A DNA stretch of 20,599 bases from an uncultured archaeon (GTDB taxonomy: Archaea > Asgardarchaeota > Lokiarchaeia > Sigyniarchaeales > Promethearchaeaceae): the NCBI GenBank assembly GCA_964513765.1, contig CAZEPC010000034.1, positions 1 through 20,599 of the forward strand, in the 5' to 3' direction. Below the pieces are notes generated by a model that saw only the letters and a program-made list of their open reading frames with translations, ran no database searches and was not told the origin of the DNA. Shown here in pieces: positions 14,683-20,599 of this stretch (position 1 is its first letter; each line of letters starts with the position of its first letter). Made by a program: the position numbers and the translations under genes.

Positions 14683-14783
14683 CATTATTCCCAAAAAAAT
14701 TTTCCACGATTGGGATTTATCTGATTTTAAATTAATAAAGAGAGAAAAAGGAATAAAAAGATTTCTTATATAGTAAATAGATT

Positions 14784-16328
14784 TTATTTATTGTTTTTGG
14801 TGTTTACATATCTTCCATATAGGACTGTCATCTGATCCAGCCATTCTTTCTTAATTTGAGGTACTTTTTCTATATCAATTATATATTGCCAATTTCCTTG
14901 AGATTCACTAGGGGTATTCATTCTAAATTGTTCGTTTTGACCCAAAATGTCTTGAAACTGCACAATTACACAATTTGCGACACTTTTATACAACTCTTGA
15001 ATCATTCCTTCTCCAATATTATTCTTTTTTAAATTTAAGTATAAGAGTAATCTTCTTTTTTCATCTTTGGTTGCATCATTATTCCAAAAGCCCTTGATTG
15101 TGTTATTATCATGGGTTCCAGGATATACAATCGTTTTTCTTTCATAATTATGTGGTAAGTGTGGATTATTATAATCGCTACTAAAAGCAAATTGTAAAAC
15201 AGCCATACCTGGAAATCCAAATTTCTTCCGAAGTTGCTCAACCTTTGGAGTAATCACACCTAAATTCTCTGCAATTATAGGAAGCTCACCAAGAACATTT
15301 TTAATCTCGATGAAAAGCTGTTTTCCGGGAGCTTCAACCCATTTCCCTTTAATTGCATTTTCAGCATCTCCCTTTACTCTCCAATATGCTTCAAATCCCC
15401 GGAAATGATCAATTCGGATATAATCAACTAATTCTAGCAATCTCTTAATTCTATGGATAAACCAAATATAATTATCTTCTTTTAGTTTATCCCAATTATA
15501 AAGGGGATTGCCCCACAACTGCCCTGTTTTTGAAAAATAATCTGGGGGAACACCTGCTTGGTATTTTAAACTGCCATCTTCTTTAAGAGTAAATAATTCT
15601 TTGTTGCACCAAACATCTGATGAATCATGTGCCACAAAAATGGGCATATCTCCAATAATTTTCACTCCATTCTTATGGGCAAACTTTCTGAGTTCTTTCC
15701 ATTGTTCATCAAAAAGCCACTGGATAAATTTATAATATTTAAGTTTCTTCTTATGCATTGCCGCATATACCTTAATTGCATTTTCTCCTCTCTTAAAATA
15801 ATTTTCCTTCCATTCTGTCCAAGGTTTGAGGTCATGGTCTATTTTTAATGTGTAAAATAAGACATAATCATCTAACCAATATGCTTGCTTGTCACAAAAT
15901 GCTTTGAATTTTTCATGGAATTCAGCATATTTGCTCTCGGATTGATTGAAATTTTTAAAGCACTCTTGAAATACCTTGTATTTGCATTTTCTCACCCTCT
16001 CATAATCAATTTTCATCTTTTTGGTCCATTTTTTATACAGCTGATTGCCTTCTTCAAATATTTTTAAGGCTATGTTTTCCTCGATTAAATCCATCTTAAT
16101 AAGTTTATCAATGCTAATTAATAATGGATTCCCGGCAAATGCAGATAATCCTTGATATGGTGAATCTGCATATCCTGTAGGACCTAAAGGGAGCATTTGC
16201 CAAAAAGATTGTTTGGTGTTTTTTAAAAATTCTATAAATTCAAAAGCAATTGGCCCAATATCCCCTATTCCATATTTCGTGAAAAGAGATGTTGGGTGTA
16301 GCAAAATACCAGAAGATCTGGGAAGCAT
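14784..16328 (-). CDS. malQ: 4-alpha-glucanotransferase (amylomaltase / disproportionating enzyme, GH77)
   Basis: SSGILLHPTSL...YGIGDIGP...FIEFLKNTKQSFWQMLPLGPTGYADSPYQGLSAFAGNPLLISID; GDMPIFVAHDSSDVW; GVPPDYFSKTGQLWGNPLYNW; IDHFRGFEAYW; VVYPGTHDNNT. These are the canonical GH77 blocks, in the expected order and at the expected length (514 aa). Confidence 0.93.
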   Translation of the reverse strand: MLPRSSGILLHPTSLFTKYGIGDIGPIAFEFIEFLKNTKQSFWQMLPLGPTGYADSPYQGLSAFAGNPLLISIDKLIKMDLIEENIALKIFEEGNQLYKKWTKKMKIDYERVRKCKYKVFQECFKNFNQSESKYAEFHEKFKAFCDKQAYWLDDYVLFYTLKIDHDLKPWTEWKENYFKRGENAIKVYAAMHKKKLKYYKFIQWLFDEQWKELRKFAHKNGVKIIGDMPIFVAHDSSDVWCNKELFTLKEDGSLKYQAGVPPDYFSKTGQLWGNPLYNWDKLKEDNYIWFIHRIKRLLELVDYIRIDHFRGFEAYWRVKGDAENAIKGKWVEAPGKQLFIEIKNVLGELPIIAENLGVITPKVEQLRKKFGFPGMAVLQFAFSSDYNNPHLPHNYERKTIVYPGTHDNNTIKGFWNNDATKDEKRRLLLYLNLKKNNIGEGMIQELYKSVANCVIVQFQDILGQNEQFRMNTPSESQGNWQYIIDIEKVPQIKKEWLDQMTVLYGRYVNTKNNK

Positions 16329-16406
16329 AATAATAAAATGTAAATGCTGGTTTAAGTATCTTTAGAAAAAAATAAAAAATTTTTTTCCTTTGTTTCATCC
16401 CTATTT

Positions 16407-19400
16407 TTAGGCTTTCTTCAGCTCTTCAAGCTTTTTAAACTGTTTTTGGGCTTCCTTCATTTTATTTATATTATCTAAGGAGGCGAAAGCCTCAAGAGCC
16501 TCGTTGAGCATTTGTTTAGCATTTTCGAAATCTCTTCTAAATGTGTGGATTTTTCCCAATTGTAAATAGCAATCGGGGGTGAAGAATTCATTGGGTGCTA
16601 AATCTATAGCGGTTTCGAAAGATTTAATGGCGTAATCAATAAATTTTGGCTCTTCCTTTTGGTGCATGAAGATCATCCCTTGATCATAAAATTGCTTTCC
16701 ATCGGGAGAGTAGGACTTTGCGAAGAAAGTCGAATAATATTGGAGAAGTGGATTTTGTTCTTCGAAATATCCTTTGAAGCTTATTAAGGAATCGATCCTA
16801 TCAATAGTTTCCAATATCTCTGTGTCATAATTACTATAATATGCTTGTTCCAAGAGATCTTTTATAGTTAAAAGCAATTTATTGTTTTTCTCTTGTTCAA
16901 CAAACAAGAATGCCGGAAGGAGATCTTGGAGGGAATCGGAGATCTCATTCATAACCACCGTAGGAACACCCTTTAGTTGGATGGCTTCGATTAAAATTAT
17001 GATAATATTCCCAATTGTAAATTGCTCCTTTTCTGAGAATCGTAACCAAGAAATTTGGTTATAAAATTGCTCATTCTCGATGACTCTTTTAGCATTTCCT
17101 CTTTTTATCATCCCCTCTCCAATTTTATAGAGTGCTTTTGCAATAACATCCTTGGCATATACATTTGTATCTCCTATTAATGCTTGTTGAAGGGTGATTA
17201 CAATTTCATTGGAAGGGTGGGAGGATCCTATGTTTCCCAAGCTTTCCGCGTAGAGTTCCACTTCCGAGATATTCTCTTTTTTGGTTCTGTCCAGATGGAA
17301 AAATCCATTAATTAGTGCTTCTATAATGAGATCTGCCACTTCAATTTTCTTCCCAATGAGCCCTAACGCATATATTGTTTGGAGTCTGATTTGGATTCTT
17401 TCATCTTTCAACATTTTAATAATCTTATTGAGATTTATTTCATTATAACGCCTTTGGCCGATCATTCCTAAGGCAAAAACAGCATTTTCTCTTACTTTAG
17501 GATCCTGATGGGAAAGTAAATCATATAGCATCGTAAGATCTACTTCTTTATGGATTTCGTCATTCATCAATCCCAAGGCCTCTGTCAAATCTCTAGTGAC
17601 CTCCAGATTCTTTCCCTTTATATGTGTTTCGAGGATATCATATATATTTTCCTTTGAGGTAGGTCCGATTGCTTTGATCGCTTCACTGGCCCTATTTTTT
17701 ACTTCGGTATTTTCATCCCCCAATTTATCGAGATAGAATTGGAGAACACTCATAGATTGCCCATCAATTTTTATTTTTTCAAATCCTTTTTCTTCATTCA
17801 TAACCAAGAATTCAGAGATGCTCTCAATGGCCATTTCCCTTACATCCTCATCTGCATCATCTATCGAAATTTTTATTAAAATTTCTAAAATTCGTTCTTT
17901 CTCTGAATGGAGGACTTCCTCGCTTTTATTTTTTGGACTCAATAGAATGTAATTTCCAATGGCATCACAGGCCACATATCGAATATAAGGCTCAGCATCA
18001 TCCAAATAATTTATGACTTTTTGTAACGGGAATGATTCCAAGTTATAATAGACACAATACGCGATAATGTTTAGGGAATATTGAATGACAAATTGAATTG
18101 CAGAATGGTTTAAATTTTCAAATTCCCCAGTTTCTTTCTTATATTCTAAAAATGGGTATATTTTTTCCAAGGAAATCTGTTTTGGAACCTTTGCAGTTAA
18201 ATTTAAAATAGTTTCCAAGGCATTTTCCACGATTTCTTCATTCATAGAATTTTCTTCTAAGATTCTATACAGAAATTCTAAGGCAATGGAAACGAATTCA
18301 TTGTCGTTGTAGTCTCCCTCGATTATCATTTCTGTTATTGCGTCACTAGCCCGTTTCCTTAAATCGAAATCCTTAGAAGTCATAAAAATGCCCAATTTTT
18401 TGAGGATTTTCGATATGTTTTTCTTTCCTTCCCCAATATCTCCTATTGCGTCAAAAATGGCTTTTTGCATTTGAGGTTCGGATTTTGAGATTGCACTTAT
18501 AAGCCTTTGCATTATTAATTTTGGATGTTCTTGCCCTATTTGCCCTAATAACTGGACTCCCTCCTTGCTAAAGAAAACCCTCTGAATATCTAGCTTTACG
18601 CGCATTTTGATGAGAGTTCTGTCCAATTTTTCAAAAATCCTAGCCAATAAAGAGAGGTTTTTAATATTTTCTGGGCTGTATTCAATTGTGTTTTGGGCAA
18701 CTACCTCCACAATTTTTTTAGCTCTATCCTCATCCTCATAGGCAGCCAGATAAAGATATTGCTGTGATTTTTTTCGAACACTTTTATGAAGATCCACTCC
18801 ATTTTTATCAAAGAGTGGATATAATAACACGGACTTCACCAATATGTCCAAATCCTTAATATTTACCGTTTCAATTTTTTTCTCTTTTCTTTTTGCTTTT
18901 TGTAACTCATCGATTGAACGTAATCCAAAAGACCTATTTACTGAATTAAGCTTAAGATCCGCGTGGAAATCAGTATTTCTATTAATCAATAAATATCCTC
19001 CAAAAAACACCATTATGAATCCTTGAGTAGAAATTAAGGGTAATGTAATCAGAGGATCCGAAAAGAGGGTGTTTAAGGGTTGAAGTATGCTATACCGACT
19101 TAGAATTGCATTTAATAAGTTTGGCGCGATTACCGAAAAATTGATGAGTATATTAATGCTAATTGCAATAAAAATCCAAACCGAAAACATAAAATCTATT
19201 GTTTTTGTTTTACTTTTTTTACGCCAATATTTGGAAAAGAACCCATATACAGCAAAAATAACTTGTATGCAGAGGGTTATGAATGAAATAATTGAAAAAC
19301 CCGTATCAAGTGTCTCCCCTTGTCTTAAACTCATTCCTTTTGAAATCGAAGAATATATTGTGTAGAATCCCGAAATAAATGGGATCCATGCAATTAGAAT

Positions 19401-20084
19401 CGTAAAAATATGGATTATTTTCTTAAAAAAATCCTTTAGGCTGTTGGAATTCTTCTGTTTTGTAATGTATCTCTCTTCTCGGGGATCGATATGGAGTTGA
19501 TGGCTATACGTGGTTGAGATAATTCCTGCAATTTGACCTGAGGCCGAAAATGTACTAAGGAATATCAAGGGAATAAAAGCAAACCATAGATAAAGCATTT
19601 CCACGAAAGTTTTATCCAAAAAATAATAGAGAATGAATACTGGTACAAAGTAGATGATAAGGAATACTCCAAATGAAGCAATATATGATTTTTTTCCCTT
19701 GAATCTGTCTAAAAATTTCTCTTCCAGCTTTTTATCAAAATTTGTGGTTGCATCAGATGTCGGTCTGGCTAAGACTGTTGCATTATACACAGGAAAAGCC
19801 ATCAACATCAAAATTAAAAAGATTATCATAAATTGTATAAAATTTGTGCCAGATAGATCATTTGGCCGAAAGACGCCATAGAAAAGATTAATGAGCACGA
19901 CCCAAACCGCGGAAAAAATCCCAGCAAATATTATACAAGTTCCGATATCTTCGACATTGAATTTCTCCCGTTCAATTAAATTAACCTTTTTGAGATTTCC
20001 GTATACCAATAAAAATCCCACAATAAATGATATAACAGCGGCGGTAATAGAGAGTATCAGTACAAAATCTGAAATATCTACCAT
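16407..20084 (-). CDS. Large polytopic membrane protein: ~9-10 N-terminal TM helices, a long array of PBS-lyase-type HEAT repeats and a C-terminal TPR-like module
   Basis: The first ~375 aa are dominated by hydrophobic helices, for example FVLILSITAAVISFIVGFLLVY, CIIFAGIFSAVWVVLINLFY and FIQFMIIFLILMLMAFPVY. HEAT units: DFDLRKRASDAITEM, EPYIRYVACDAIGNY, DEDVREMAIESI, NTEVKNRASEAIKAIG, DPKVRENAVFALGMIG, DERIQIRLQTIYALGLIG. The C-terminus is YAIKSFETAIDLAPNEFFTPDCYLQLGKIHTFRRDFENAKQMLNEALEAF. The ATG overlaps the upstream stop (TAATG at 20082-20086). Confidence 0.75.
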   Translation of the reverse strand: MVDISDFVLILSITAAVISFIVGFLLVYGNLKKVNLIEREKFNVEDIGTCIIFAGIFSAVWVVLINLFYGVFRPNDLSGTNFIQFMIIFLILMLMAFPVYNATVLARPTSDATTNFDKKLEEKFLDRFKGKKSYIASFGVFLIIYFVPVFILYYFLDKTFVEMLYLWFAFIPLIFLSTFSASGQIAGIISTTYSHQLHIDPREERYITKQKNSNSLKDFFKKIIHIFTILIAWIPFISGFYTIYSSISKGMSLRQGETLDTGFSIISFITLCIQVIFAVYGFFSKYWRKKSKTKTIDFMFSVWIFIAISINILINFSVIAPNLLNAILSRYSILQPLNTLFSDPLITLPLISTQGFIMVFFGGYLLINRNTDFHADLKLNSVNRSFGLRSIDELQKAKRKEKKIETVNIKDLDILVKSVLLYPLFDKNGVDLHKSVRKKSQQYLYLAAYEDEDRAKKIVEVVAQNTIEYSPENIKNLSLLARIFEKLDRTLIKMRVKLDIQRVFFSKEGVQLLGQIGQEHPKLIMQRLISAISKSEPQMQKAIFDAIGDIGEGKKNISKILKKLGIFMTSKDFDLRKRASDAITEMIIEGDYNDNEFVSIALEFLYRILEENSMNEEIVENALETILNLTAKVPKQISLEKIYPFLEYKKETGEFENLNHSAIQFVIQYSLNIIAYCVYYNLESFPLQKVINYLDDAEPYIRYVACDAIGNYILLSPKNKSEEVLHSEKERILEILIKISIDDADEDVREMAIESISEFLVMNEEKGFEKIKIDGQSMSVLQFYLDKLGDENTEVKNRASEAIKAIGPTSKENIYDILETHIKGKNLEVTRDLTEALGLMNDEIHKEVDLTMLYDLLSHQDPKVRENAVFALGMIGQRRYNEINLNKIIKMLKDERIQIRLQTIYALGLIGKKIEVADLIIEALINGFFHLDRTKKENISEVELYAESLGNIGSSHPSNEIVITLQQALIGDTNVYAKDVIAKALYKIGEGMIKRGNAKRVIENEQFYNQISWLRFSEKEQFTIGNIIIILIEAIQLKGVPTVVMNEISDSLQDLLPAFLFVEQEKNNKLLLTIKDLLEQAYYSNYDTEILETIDRIDSLISFKGYFEEQNPLLQYYSTFFAKSYSPDGKQFYDQGMIFMHQKEEPKFIDYAIKSFETAIDLAPNEFFTPDCYLQLGKIHTFRRDFENAKQMLNEALEAFASLDNINKMKEAQKQFKKLEELKKA

Positions 20085-20503
20085 TATTCGATTTCCTCCA
20101 TATTTTTCACTTTATTCTGAATAGTTTTTACGGTTTCTAAGGATATAGTTTGGTTTTCTTCCTCTTTTTCTTCGTGAATTTTCTTTATTGCGTAAAAAAT
20201 TTCATTTTGATCCGTTTCTCGTAGCATTTTATAATTAGTATAGCCTGCCTCCCATAATAAATTGGCAATATAAATATTTATCCCGTCAATTCTAAGGAGA
20301 TTTATATATTTAAGAAATTCTCTGTAATCGCTTCTGCTCATATTCAGTATTTTTCTCCTTAATCCCTTGATCATATCTTTCCGATACACAAAATCTTCTA
20401 TTGTGTAAATCCCGAATTTTCCGAGATCGGATGCTTGGTCAACCGAAAATCCAGGTATCAGAACGAGAGGGATTGCACTTCCATATTTAGATTTTTTAAC
20501 CAT
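20084..20503 (-). CDS. Small protein with two helix-hairpin-helix-like units (DUF4332-like)
   Basis: LIPGFSVDQASDLGKFGIYTIEDF and LLRIDGINIYIANLLWEAGYTNYKMLRETD both fit the DUF4332/HhH pattern (L-x-x-I-x-G-I-x...L-x-x-x-G-I-x-T-x-x-D-L). The tail is acidic. The track ORF starts at a TTG (20506); the adjacent ATG at 20503 is preferred. Confidence 0.5.
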   Translation of the reverse strand: MVKKSKYGSAIPLVLIPGFSVDQASDLGKFGIYTIEDFVYRKDMIKGLRRKILNMSRSDYREFLKYINLLRIDGINIYIANLLWEAGYTNYKMLRETDQNEIFYAIKKIHEEKEEENQTISLETVKTIQNKVKNMEEIE

Positions 20504-20599
20504 CAATTTTGCGTAATATATCCACTCGCCGATCTGTGAGAATGTGGGATATTGGAGTAATATTAAATAAGTTTCTGTATCTAATTTTTTTAATTTATA

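Noticed and set aside
14784-16328. malQ (GH77) as a horizontally acquired islet interrupting the minus-strand block
   Set aside because: By eye there is no compositional shift relative to its neighbours. There are no flanking repeats, integrase or tRNA. This cannot be assessed without phylogeny.
4504-20084. HEAT-repeat proteins (346 aa and 1225 aa) as HAWK-like (HEAT proteins associated with kleisins) subunits of the nearby SMC complex
   Set aside because: This is purely speculative. The 1225-aa protein is a polytopic membrane protein separated from the operon by malQ and its own spacers. The 346-aa protein is on the other strand, ~3 kb away. PBS-lyase-type HEAT repeats are common and generic.
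1-20599. Search for CRISPR arrays, tRNA/rRNA genes, IS elements, terminal inverted repeats and C/D-box sRNAs
   Set aside because: No regularly spaced direct repeats were found. No G+C-rich structured islands occur in any spacer. There are no transposase- or integrase-like ORFs, and no RUGAUGA...CUGA pairs in the intergenic regions I read.

Overview
Strongly AT-rich, gene-dense archaeal chromosomal window. I see no rRNA, tRNA, CRISPR array or mobile element. The archaeal call rests on a TFIIB-type factor (TFB), RtcB, an archaeal-type SepF and TATA-like, oligo-T-punctuated spacers. A gelsolin-like domain, many HEAT-repeat proteins, a bacterial-type cold-shock protein and long K/E-rich insertions suggest an Asgard (Lokiarchaeia-like) genome; this is inference only. 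Plus-strand genes: rtcB, tfb, a gelsolin-like/4-TM fusion, a HEAT/coiled-coil/winged-helix protein overlapping (ATGA) a membrane-anchored alpha/beta hydrolase, and a 131-aa hypothetical. Minus-strand genes: a truncated M18 aminopeptidase at the left edge, a cold-shock protein, and a long co-directional block. That block is a DUF4332-like HhH protein coupled (TAATG) to a 1225-aa polytopic-TM/HEAT/TPR protein, then malQ, then a tight four-gene operon (degenerate-AAA protein, SMC ATPase, ScpA-like kleisin, ScpB-like KITE), then sepF. Most noteworthy: (1) the SMC operon begins with a catalytically dead AAA-fold protein carrying a long charged disordered linker, and the SMC head motifs look closer to SMC5/6 than to condensin-type SMC; (2) a membrane-anchored single gelsolin-like domain; (3) the DUF4332 plus TM-HEAT-TPR pair; (4) two exact 15-nt palindromes 30 bp apart downstream of rtcB, plus an inverted repeat covering both divergent start codons upstream of rtcB. 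All functional calls come from reading motifs by eye; no database search was run.
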